A stretch of 32,000 nucleotides of DNA from Candidatus Pelagibacter ubique HTCC1062 (GCF_000012345.1 NC_007205.1:600001-632000); one strand, 5' to 3'; shown: positions 10,557 through 18,471, counted from the first letter of the stretch. The notes: generated by a model not told the origin, from the sequence alone. Numbers and translations are program-made.

Positions 10557-11861
10557 ATGTTAGATCTAATAATTAAAAACGGTTCTTGCTACATAGATAA
10601 AGATCTTAAAGATCAAGATATAGCAATCAAAGATGGTAAAATCATAGAAATTGGTAAAATTGATAGTGAAGCAAAAGAAGTTTTTGATGCCAAGGGATTA
10701 ACTGTTTTACCAGGATGTATTGATACTCAAACTCATTTTAGGGAACCTGGATCAACTGACACAGAAGATCTTTATTCTGGAAGTAAGGCAGCAATTGTTG
10801 GAGGAATAACTAGTGTTTTTGAAATGCCAAATACTAATCCACCAACTTCTAATAAAATTGAATTTCAAAAGAAATTAGATCTTGCAAAAAATAGAATGTA
10901 TTGCAACTATGCTTTTTATTTTGGCGCAACACCAGACAACGCTGATGAGTTAGCAGACTTAAAAAACTTAGAAGGATGTTGCGGAATTAAGCTTTTTGCT
11001 GGTTCTTCGACAGGAAATCTATTGGTTCAATTTGAAGAAGATATTGAGAAAGTATTTAAAAGTAGCTCTAAAGTTGTTTCAGTTCACTCTGAAGATGAAG
11101 AAATTTTAAATAGGAATAAAAAATTAATTAAAGATGGAGATGTTCACTCACATCCAATTTGGAGAAGTGAAGAATGTGCAATTTCATCGACTAGAAGAAT
11201 TGTAAGAATAGCTGAGCGATATAAAAAAAAAGCACACATCCTTCATGTAACAACAAAACAAGAAATTGATTTTTTATCGCAGCACAAAGGTAACATCACA
11301 TTTGAGATAACACCTCAACATCTAACAATCTATGCCCCAGATTGTTATGATAAACTTGGAACTTATGCTCAAATGAACCCACCAATAAGAGATAAGTCTC
11401 ACTATGACAGGTTATGGTATGGAGTAAAAAATAATCTTAATGACACAATTGGATCTGATCATGCTCCACATTTAAAAGCAAATAAAGAAAAAAAATATCC
11501 CAATTCACCATCTGGAATGCCAGGTGTTCAGACACTTTTACCAGTTATGTTAAACCATGTTAATGATGGAAAATTAAGTTTAGAACAATTAATGAATTCT
11601 ATATGTGAAAATCCAGTAAAAATTTTTGGCATTCAAGATAAAGGTTTTATTAAAGAAGGATTTGATGCAGACTTTACAATTGTTGATATGAATAAAAAAA
11701 TTACAATTAAAAATGAAAATATTGAAAGTAAATGTGCTTGGTCACCTTTTGATGGGTATGAATTTAAGGGAACTCCCGTGTCAACAATTATTGCTGGCCA
11801 AATCAAAATGAGAGATGGTAAGATATTGGGAGAACCTGATGGTAAGCCTTTAAAATTTTAA
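10557..11861 (+). CDS. pyrC: dihydroorotase (class I, amidohydrolase superfamily)
   Basis: 434 aa with DTQTHFREPG, VHSED, LHVTT and GSDHAPH metal/catalytic motifs. The first motif is QxH rather than HxH (see rejected list). Confidence 0.8.
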   Translation: MLDLIIKNGSCYIDKDLKDQDIAIKDGKIIEIGKIDSEAKEVFDAKGLTVLPGCIDTQTHFREPGSTDTEDLYSGSKAAIVGGITSVFEMPNTNPPTSNKIEFQKKLDLAKNRMYCNYAFYFGATPDNADELADLKNLEGCCGIKLFAGSSTGNLLVQFEEDIEKVFKSSSKVVSVHSEDEEILNRNKKLIKDGDVHSHPIWRSEECAISSTRRIVRIAERYKKKAHILHVTTKQEIDFLSQHKGNITFEITPQHLTIYAPDCYDKLGTYAQMNPPIRDKSHYDRLWYGVKNNLNDTIGSDHAPHLKANKEKKYPNSPSGMPGVQTLLPVMLNHVNDGKLSLEQLMNSICENPVKIFGIQDKGFIKEGFDADFTIVDMNKKITIKNENIESKCAWSPFDGYEFKGTPVSTIIAGQIKMRDGKILGEPDGKPLKF

Positions 11862-12190
11862 ATAGTTTTTATAGTAAAGCTATTTACCAGAACAACACCA
11901 GTAACAATAAAGAATAACCCTAAAACAGCCTGCCATGATAGTGATTGTTTGAAGAAAATATATCCTAATATTGCAATTGTAAATATACCAAGGCCACTCC
12001 ATGTTGCATAAACAATAGCGATAGGAAGTTTATCAACCACAAATGTTAAAAGGTAAAATGAAGATAGATACAAAATTGCAAGTGTTGTGGTTGGAATTAT
12101 TTTGGTAAAATTTTGTGACACGGGTAATAACATTGTTCCACCTACCTCACAAAAAATTGCAATAGTTAAAAATAAATATGTCTTTATCAT
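11858..12190 (-). CDS. small multidrug resistance (SMR/EmrE-type) transporter
   Basis: 110 aa with 4 predicted TM helices, the essential membrane-embedded Glu (FCEVGGT, equivalent to EmrE E14) and the WSGLG motif. The start forms a TAATG overlap with the prpE stop. Confidence 0.8.
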   Translation of the reverse strand: MIKTYLFLTIAIFCEVGGTMLLPVSQNFTKIIPTTTLAILYLSSFYLLTFVVDKLPIAIVYATWSGLGIFTIAILGYIFFKQSLSWQAVLGLFFIVTGVVLVNSFTIKTI

Positions 12191-14085
12191 TATTTAAGAA
12201 TACTATTTTTCATTAAGTCTTCTTTTATCTCAGTTAAAATTGCAGGATCGTCAATAGTTGCTGGCATTTTATAATCTTCCCCATCAGCAATTTTTCTTAT
12301 TGTTCCTCTTAATATTTTTCCAGATCTTGTTTTTGGCAATCTTTTAATAACAATTACAATCTTAAATGCAGCAACAGGACCAATTTTATCTCTAACCATC
12401 TGAATGCACTCTTTTGAAATTGTTGCGTGATCTTTTTCAACACCAGATTTAAGAACGACCAAACCAATTGGCAATTGTCCTTTTAGTTTATCTGCAACGC
12501 CTAATACTGCACACTCAGCAACTGATTGGTGTTCTGATAAAACTTCTTCAATTGCTCCAGTTGATAATCTATGACCTGCAACATTAATAATGTCATCTGT
12601 TCTAGACATAATCCAAATGTAACCATCTTCATCTATATGACCTGCATCATAAGTTTCATAGTAACCGTCATAGTTGGTCATATAATTATCTTTGTATCTT
12701 TTATCTGCATTCCATAATGTTGGAAAAGTCCCAGGAGGCAAAGGTAATTTTATAACTATATCTCCCATCTCATTAGGTTTTGCTAAAGTTTGATCTGGCT
12801 TCATAATTTGAACGTCATAACCAGGAACAGCCTTACAAGCTGAGCCATACTTTGTTTTCATCATTTCAATTCCTGTACAATTAGAACTAATTGCCCAACT
12901 AGTTTCAGTTTGCCACCAATGATCAATTACAGGAACTTTTAATAAATTTTCTGCCCACTTAATGGTATCTGGGTCTGCTCTTTCACCAGCTAAAAACAAT
13001 GACTCAAATTTACTTAAATCATACTTGGAAAAAAATTTTCCCTCAGGGTCTTCTTTTTTAATAGCTCTAAAAGCAGTTGGTGCAGTAAAAAGTGATTTTA
13101 CTTTATAATCAGAAATTATTTTCCAAAAAGCACCAGCATCAGGAGTGCCAACAGGTTTTCCTTCAAATAGTACTGTGGTGCAACCTTTAAACAAAGGAGC
13201 ATAGACTATATAAGAATGACCAACTATCCAGCCAATATCACTTGCTGACCACCAGACATCATCAGTATCGATATTGTAAATATTTTTCATAGTCCATTTT
13301 AGAGCAACTATATGACCACCAATATCTCTAACTATTCCTTTTGGCACACCTGTAGTTCCTGAGGTATATAAAATATAAGCTAAATCATTTGAATTCATTT
13401 CAACACAATCTACTTCTTTTGCATTTGAAAGTGCCTCATCCCAACTGATTTCTCTTGGAGCATTTATATTTGCTTCATTTCCAGATCTTTGAAATAGGAT
13501 TAATTTTTCTATCTTATGTGATGCCATTTTTATGGCCTCTTCCACTAGAGGTTTGTACTCAACAGTTCTTCCAGGTTCAAAACCACACGAAGCCGTAACT
13601 AATATTTTTGCTTTACTATCATCGATTCTGCTTGCTAATTCACTGGATGCAAAACCACCAAACACCACAGAGTGAATTGCTCCAATTCTTCCACAAGCCA
13701 ACATTGCTATAACTGCCTCTGGGATCATGGGCATATAGATTATAACTCTATCTCCCTTATTAACCCCTTGGTTTTTTAAAGCTCCTGCAAATTTTGAAAC
13801 CTTTTCTTTTAATTCTTTATAGGTAAACTGCTTTTTGTTGCCAGTTATGGGACTGTCATAGATTAAAGCTAATTTTTCACCTCTACCTTCATCGATATGA
13901 AGGTCTAAAGCATTATAACAGGTGTTAGTAACCCCATCTTCAAACCATTTATAAAAAGGAGGATTAGATTTATTTAGAATTTTTGTTGGTTTTTTAAACC
14001 AAAAAATATCGTTAGACACTTCTTGCCAAAAATCTTCAGGGTTTTTTATAGAGTTTTGATAAATTTCACTGAATTTTTTATTCAT
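12190..14085 (-). CDS. prpE: propionate--CoA ligase-like acyl-CoA synthetase (AMP-forming)
   Basis: 631 aa. The N-terminus FSEIYQNSIKNPEDFW, ILYTSGTTGVPKG, DIGWIVGHSYIVYAPL, GRTDDIINVAGHRL and LPKTRSGKILR follow E. coli PrpE as I remember it. A distinction from Acs is not proven. Confidence 0.72.
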   Translation of the reverse strand: MNKKFSEIYQNSIKNPEDFWQEVSNDIFWFKKPTKILNKSNPPFYKWFEDGVTNTCYNALDLHIDEGRGEKLALIYDSPITGNKKQFTYKELKEKVSKFAGALKNQGVNKGDRVIIYMPMIPEAVIAMLACGRIGAIHSVVFGGFASSELASRIDDSKAKILVTASCGFEPGRTVEYKPLVEEAIKMASHKIEKLILFQRSGNEANINAPREISWDEALSNAKEVDCVEMNSNDLAYILYTSGTTGVPKGIVRDIGGHIVALKWTMKNIYNIDTDDVWWSASDIGWIVGHSYIVYAPLFKGCTTVLFEGKPVGTPDAGAFWKIISDYKVKSLFTAPTAFRAIKKEDPEGKFFSKYDLSKFESLFLAGERADPDTIKWAENLLKVPVIDHWWQTETSWAISSNCTGIEMMKTKYGSACKAVPGYDVQIMKPDQTLAKPNEMGDIVIKLPLPPGTFPTLWNADKRYKDNYMTNYDGYYETYDAGHIDEDGYIWIMSRTDDIINVAGHRLSTGAIEEVLSEHQSVAECAVLGVADKLKGQLPIGLVVLKSGVEKDHATISKECIQMVRDKIGPVAAFKIVIVIKRLPKTRSGKILRGTIRKIADGEDYKMPATIDDPAILTEIKEDLMKNSILK

Positions 14086-14229
14086 CTCTAATGATTCTTT
14101 ATTTTGATATTTTAAGACTTATTAAATTAAAAATTGTATTAAAATTCAAAAAGTAAGTAAAATCAATACAAATTAGAGGCAATTAAACCTTCTAAAAACT
14201 TAATTATTTTGATAGTTAATCCTCAACAT

Positions 14230-14267
14230 GACTTAAACATTTGTTTAAGTCTAGTTTATATAAACTA
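14230..14267. promoter_or_regulatory. two adjacent perfect palindromes upstream of proteorhodopsin (candidate operator or 5'-UTR hairpins)
   Basis: GACTTAAACA-tt-TGTTTAAGTC (14230-14251, 10-nt arms) is immediately followed by TAGTTTATATAAACTA (14252-14267, a perfect 16-nt palindrome containing TATATA/TATAAA -10-like hexamers). Confidence 0.4.
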
Positions 14268-14287
14268 AAAAGTTAAAAACTAACGAA

Positions 14288-14295
14288 AGAGGGAG
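14288..14295 (+). promoter_or_regulatory. strong Shine-Dalgarno sequence of the proteorhodopsin gene
   Basis: AGAGGGAG lies 6 nt upstream of the ATG at 14302. This is by far the best SD in the window; most other genes here have weak or no SD. Confidence 0.6.
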
Positions 14296-14301
14296 TTTTT
14301 T

Positions 14302-15069
14302 ATGAAAAAACTAAAATTGTTTGCTCTTACAGCTGTAGCCCTAATGGGTGTTTCAGGTGTAGCAAACGCAGAAACTACACTGTTAGCTTCTGATGACTTT
14401 GTTGGAATTTCATTCTGGCTTGTGTCAATGGCGTTATTAGCGTCAACGGCATTCTTTTTTATTGAAAGAGCATCGGTTCCAGCTGGCTGGAGAGTTTCAA
14501 TCACTGTTGCAGGACTAGTTACTGGTATTGCATTTATTCACTACATGTACATGAGAGATGTGTGGGTTATGACTGGTGAGTCACCAACAGTATACAGATA
14601 TATTGACTGGTTAATTACAGTTCCATTATTGATGTTAGAATTCTATTTTGTTCTTGCAGCAGTAAATAAAGCAAACTCTGGAATTTTCTGGAGATTGATG
14701 ATTGGTACTTTAGTAATGTTAATCGGTGGATACTTAGGAGAAGCAGGATACATCAACACTACACTTGGTTTTGTAATCGGTATGGCTGGATGGTTCTACA
14801 TTCTTTATGAAGTATTCTCAGGCGAAGCAGGAAAAAATGCAGCGAAAAGTGGAAACAAGGCTCTTGTTACTGCATTTGGTGCAATGAGAATGATCGTTAC
14901 AGTTGGTTGGGCTATCTACCCATTAGGTTATGTATTTGGTTACATGACTGGTGGAATGGACGCAAGCTCACTAAACGTGATTTACAACGCAGCTGACTTT
15001 TTGAACAAGATCGCTTTTGGTCTAATCATTTGGGCAGCAGCAATGTCTCAACCTGGTAGAGCTAAGTAG
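14302..15069 (+). CDS. proteorhodopsin (green-absorbing, proton-pumping type)
   Basis: 255 aa with signal peptide MKKLKLFALTAVALMGVSGVANA and 7 TM helices. RYIDWLITVPLLMLEFY carries the Schiff-base acceptor Asp (local D102 = D97), the tuning residue Leu (L110 = L105, codon TTG 14629-14631) and the donor Glu (E113 = E108). His (H80 = H75) and the retinal Lys in DFLNKIAFG (K236 = K231) are also present. Confidence 0.97.
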   Translation: MKKLKLFALTAVALMGVSGVANAETTLLASDDFVGISFWLVSMALLASTAFFFIERASVPAGWRVSITVAGLVTGIAFIHYMYMRDVWVMTGESPTVYRYIDWLITVPLLMLEFYFVLAAVNKANSGIFWRLMIGTLVMLIGGYLGEAGYINTTLGFVIGMAGWFYILYEVFSGEAGKNAAKSGNKALVTAFGAMRMIVTVGWAIYPLGYVFGYMTGGMDASSLNVIYNAADFLNKIAFGLIIWAAAMSQPGRAK

Positions 15070-15095
15070 TTTTACTCGTTAAATAATTAGAAGAA

Positions 15096-15132
15096 GGGCA
15101 GGTATGTTTTTACATACTTGCCCTTTTTTTTT
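15096..15132 (+). terminator. Rho-independent terminator of the proteorhodopsin gene
   Basis: GGGCAGGTATGT-tttt-ACATACTTGCCC is a 12-bp stem with one G:U pair, followed by a run of nine T (15124-15132). Confidence 0.8.
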
Positions 15133-15145
15133 ATCTCATTATATT
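15118..15145 (+). promoter_or_regulatory. candidate promoter of the ferredoxin operon, overlapping the proteorhodopsin terminator
   Basis: TTGCCC (15118-15123, part of the terminator 3' arm), a 16-nt spacer, then TATATT (15140-15145). The fdx ATG starts 7 nt after the -10 hexamer, so a leaderless or near-leaderless mRNA is implied. No SD is present. Confidence 0.35.
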
Positions 15146-15152
15146 TAGATAT

Positions 15153-15473
15153 ATGCCAAAGATTACATACTTAGAAGATAATGGAAAGTCTCATACCATA
15201 GAAGTCTCCAATGGATTGAGTGTAATGGAGGGCGCTGTTCAAAACGACATTCCTGGAATTGATGCTGATTGTGGTGGTGGAATGGCTTGTGCTACTTGTC
15301 ATGTTTATGTCAAAGAAGAATGGTTTGACAAACTTCCAAAAAAAGAAGATGGGGAAGAAGATATGTTAGATATGGCGTTTGAACCAAAACAAAACAGTAG
15401 ATTGAGTTGTCAAATATTAGTTTCAGATGAATTAGATGGACTAACAGTTAGCATTCCATCAAAACAAGGTTAA
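15153..15473 (+). CDS. 2Fe-2S ferredoxin (adrenodoxin/putidaredoxin type)
   Basis: 106 aa with the Cys ligand pattern [11 protein letters not shown] ... LSCQ typical of vertebrate-type [2Fe-2S] ferredoxins. Confidence 0.85.
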   Translation: MPKITYLEDNGKSHTIEVSNGLSVMEGAVQNDIPGIDADCGGGMACATCHVYVKEEWFDKLPKKEDGEEDMLDMAFEPKQNSRLSCQILVSDELDGLTVSIPSKQG

Positions 15474-16490
15474 ATGATTAAAACAGATGCATTAATAATT
15501 GGCGCAGGTCCAACAGGATTATTTTGTGCTCATCAACTAGGTTTAATTGGATTGAATTGTGAGATAGTTGATAATTTAGATAAAATTGGAGGCCAATGTA
15601 TTGAACTTTATCCAGACAAACCAATTTATGATATTCCAGCAGTTCCAGAATGTACTGGAGAAGAATTAACTAATAATTTAATCAAACAAATAAAGCCTTT
15701 TAATATTAAATTTCATCTTAATGAAAGAGTAGAAGAAGTTAATAAAGTTAATAATAAGTGGATTGTAAAAACAAATAAAAAAAAAGAGTTTGTAACACCA
15801 AATATAATTATTGCTGGTGGTGTGGGATCATTTGAGCCAAGAAAATTTTCGCCAAAAGAATGTGAAAAATATGAAAATCGATCTTTATTTTACTCAATTA
15901 AAGATAAAACAATTTTTCAGGATAAAACAATTTCAATATTTGGAGGGGGAGATTCAGCATTAGATTGGGCAATTGAATTATCAAAAAGCTCATATGTAAA
16001 CTTAATACACAGAAGAGATGAATTTACAGGAGCTCAATTGAGCATAGATAAAATTAAAGAATTAGAAAAATCTGGAAAACTAAAAATTTATACTAAATAC
16101 CAATTAAACTCAGTTAAGGGAGAGCAAAATATTAAATCAATAGAAATAAAACATGACGACGAAAGTTTAAAAGAGTTAGAAACAAATTATGTTTTGGGCT
16201 TTTTTGGACTGATTATGAAGCTTGGTCCTATTGTAGACTGGGGTTTAAACTTAGATAAAAAAACAATTCCCGTTAACACAGAAAATTTTGAAACAAACCT
16301 AAATGGTATATTTGCAATCGGAGATATTTGTACCTATCCTGGAAAACTAAAATTGATACTTTCAGGATTTCATGAAGGAGCTTTAGCTGCTAGAGGATGT
16401 TTTAAATATGCTAGACCTGATGAAAAGTTAAGATTTGAATTTACTACCACATCAAAGGCGGCCCAAGAAAGACTTGGCGTTAAAAAGTGA
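15474..16490 (+). CDS. ferredoxin--NADP+ reductase, thioredoxin-reductase-like type
   Basis: 338 aa with FAD motif IIGAGPTGL and NADPH motif GGGDSALDWA, and no CxxC redox disulfide. The start codon directly follows the fdx stop. Confidence 0.8.
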   Translation: MIKTDALIIGAGPTGLFCAHQLGLIGLNCEIVDNLDKIGGQCIELYPDKPIYDIPAVPECTGEELTNNLIKQIKPFNIKFHLNERVEEVNKVNNKWIVKTNKKKEFVTPNIIIAGGVGSFEPRKFSPKECEKYENRSLFYSIKDKTIFQDKTISIFGGGDSALDWAIELSKSSYVNLIHRRDEFTGAQLSIDKIKELEKSGKLKIYTKYQLNSVKGEQNIKSIEIKHDDESLKELETNYVLGFFGLIMKLGPIVDWGLNLDKKTIPVNTENFETNLNGIFAIGDICTYPGKLKLILSGFHEGALAARGCFKYARPDEKLRFEFTTTSKAAQERLGVKK

Positions 16491-17113
16491 TAGAATTATT
16501 TACAGCAGATACTCCAAACGGAAAAAAAATTACAATAATGTTAGAGGAAATAGGTTGTGATTTTAAAATTACTAAAATTGATCTGTCAAAAGATGAACAA
16601 TTTAAAACAGATTTTAAAAAGATAAGCCCGTTTGGAAAAATACCAGTAATTATAGATCACGAAAATGGACAGTCATTATTCGAGTCTGGAGCAATACTTA
16701 TATATTTAGCAGAAAAATATAATAAATTTTATGAAACAAAAGATCGAAATGTTATAAATCAATGGTTGATGGCACAGATGGGAATTATTGGACCAATGAT
16801 CGGGCAACATCATCAATTTCATCATTATAATCCTGGTAAAAGTGAATTTGGAGAAGAAAGATATTTTAAAATTACAAAAAGAATTTATAGCGAATTGGAT
16901 GAAAGATTATCTTCATCAAAATACTTAGCAGGAAATGAATATACGATTGCAGATATTGCAACTTGGCCATGGATTGCAAGACATGAATGGCATGATATTG
17001 GTCTTAAAAATTATAGCAACTTAACTAGATGGTATTTAGATATTGCAAGAAGAGAAGCTGTTATTAGAGGGTACGATTTATTAAAAAACAACTCTAAGAT
17101 TCCACAACCATAA
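16487..17113 (+). CDS. glutathione S-transferase, Nu class (YfcG/YghU-like)
   Basis: 208 aa. The N-terminus MIELFTADTPNGKKITIMLEE parallels E. coli YfcG (MIDLYFAPTPNGHKITLFLEE, from memory). The GTG start overlaps the FNR TGA. Confidence 0.78.
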   Translation: MIELFTADTPNGKKITIMLEEIGCDFKITKIDLSKDEQFKTDFKKISPFGKIPVIIDHENGQSLFESGAILIYLAEKYNKFYETKDRNVINQWLMAQMGIIGPMIGQHHQFHHYNPGKSEFGEERYFKITKRIYSELDERLSSSKYLAGNEYTIADIATWPWIARHEWHDIGLKNYSNLTRWYLDIARREAVIRGYDLLKNNSKIPQP

Positions 17114-17121
17114 TAATCTTT

Positions 17122-17895
17122 ATGAGTGTTTTGATTTCATCAATATACTTTAGTCCTGTAAAATCTTTATCTTTTACAAATATCAAATCATGTATCATTA
17201 AAAAAGATTTGGGAATTGTAAATGATAGAAGTTTTGCATTTACCAGAATTATTGACTCAAAAAAAGCTCTTATACTTGAGAAAAATCCAAGTGAAAGAAA
17301 GCTTAATAATTTCTTAACATTAAAAAATTCACCAGTTTTAAATAAATATAATTTTGAATACAAAAATAATAAATTAATTTTAAAACTTGGTGACAAGCAG
17401 CTATTATCAATAATAGCAGATGATCCAGAGCAAAAATCTATACTTGTAAATACAATACTAGAATTAGAAAATTCATTAACCAAACCAATTTTCTTATTAC
17501 AAAGTAATATTGCCCCTTTCTTTGATACATCTCATTCAAATAAGATCTTTAATTCCATATCCCTTATAAATTTAAATAGTATTAAAGATTTTGAAAAAAA
17601 AATTAATCAAAAAATTGAATTAGAGAGATTTAGAGGAAATTTTTACATTGAAGGACTTGAAGCTTGGGAAGAGCGTAAATGGATTGGAAAGATTATAAAA
17701 ATTAATAATATTTCTTTTAAAATAGAAAAAAATATTCCACGTTGTACTGCAGTTAATTTAAAACCTGAAACAGATATTAGTGATAAGAGTTTGCTGAAGT
17801 TATTAAAAAAAAACTACGATCATTGTGATATGGGTGTTTACTTGAGGTCTTTAGATGAAGGCAAAGTAGAAGCAGGAAATATAGTGGAATGTTAA
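17122..17895 (+). CDS. MOSC domain protein (MOSC_N beta-barrel + MOSC, YcbX/mARC-like, without a fused ferredoxin domain)
   Basis: 257 aa. The N-terminus IYFSPVKSL is typical of MOSC_N. FRGNFYIEG and the invariant-Cys motif IPRCTAVNLKPETD are typical of MOSC. Confidence 0.75.
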   Translation: MSVLISSIYFSPVKSLSFTNIKSCIIKKDLGIVNDRSFAFTRIIDSKKALILEKNPSERKLNNFLTLKNSPVLNKYNFEYKNNKLILKLGDKQLLSIIADDPEQKSILVNTILELENSLTKPIFLLQSNIAPFFDTSHSNKIFNSISLINLNSIKDFEKKINQKIELERFRGNFYIEGLEAWEERKWIGKIIKINNISFKIEKNIPRCTAVNLKPETDISDKSLLKLLKKNYDHCDMGVYLRSLDEGKVEAGNIVEC

Positions 17896-17928
17896 TAATA
17901 AAGAGGTTTTAGCTATCAATTTTTAAGT

Positions 17929-18471
17929 TTAATCATCAGCGTATACCTTTTCATCTTTTTCATGCTTTTCTTGTGCTGCAATACAAAGATGGGCAACTGG
18001 TCTAGCCATCAATCTTTTTAATCCAATTGGTTCTGCAGTTTCTGCACAAAATCCAAAAGTTTTATCTTTTATTCTTATTAAAGCTTGGTCAATTTTAGAA
18101 ATTAATTTGATTTGTCTATTAATTGCTTTCATTTCTACAGTTTTATCCGTGTAAGAACTTGCTTGATCAACAATATCTGCTGAAACACTATTGTCATCCA
18201 TTGACCCATTGTAAAGAGCTTCATTATTTGCTTTTACCAATTCTTTTTTCCATTCAGTAAGTTTTATCTTAAAAAAAGATAAATGCTTATCACACATATA
18301 TTTTTCTGTTTCTTTTGGGATATATGTTTTTGAAATTTTAATTGGTGCCTTTACTTTGATTTCAGGTGTACTATTTTTTTTTATTACTTTAGTAGCTTTT
18401 TTGACTACAGCAGCAACTTTTTTTGTTTTAGCTGTTGGTTTTTTAGTAGATGGTTTTGAGATTTTAGGCAT
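17929..18471 (-). CDS. dksA: DksA/TraR-family RNA polymerase-binding regulator, 2-Cys variant with lysine-rich N-terminal tail
   Basis: 180 aa with the coiled-coil tip motif DIVDQA (DxxDxA). The C-terminal region FGFCAETAEPIGLKRLMARPVAHLCIAAQE aligns to the DksA zinc finger but keeps only 2 of the 4 Cys. Residues 1-50 contain 16 Lys. Confidence 0.8.
   Translation of the reverse strand: MPKISKPSTKKPTAKTKKVAAVVKKATKVIKKNSTPEIKVKAPIKISKTYIPKETEKYMCDKHLSFFKIKLTEWKKELVKANNEALYNGSMDDNSVSADIVDQASSYTDKTVEMKAINRQIKLISKIDQALIRIKDKTFGFCAETAEPIGLKRLMARPVAHLCIAAQEKHEKDEKVYADD

Noticed and set aside
10557-11861. The dihydroorotase has QxH (DTQTHFREPG) instead of the canonical HxH metal motif, which might indicate an inactive PyrC'-like pseudoenzyme.
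   Set aside because: The other ligand motifs (VHSED, LHVTT, SDHAPH) are intact. I recall the D.Q.HFREPG variant being common in an active dihydroorotase subfamily, so this is not evidence of inactivity.
14280-14504. A 74-aa minus-strand ORF overlapping the proteorhodopsin 5' end.
   Set aside because: It is antisense to the proteorhodopsin signal peptide and helix A and to its RBS. It has no independent support.
17094-17483. A 129-aa minus-strand ORF.
   Set aside because: It is nested antisense within the MOSC gene and the GST 3' end. It is low-complexity with no family resemblance.
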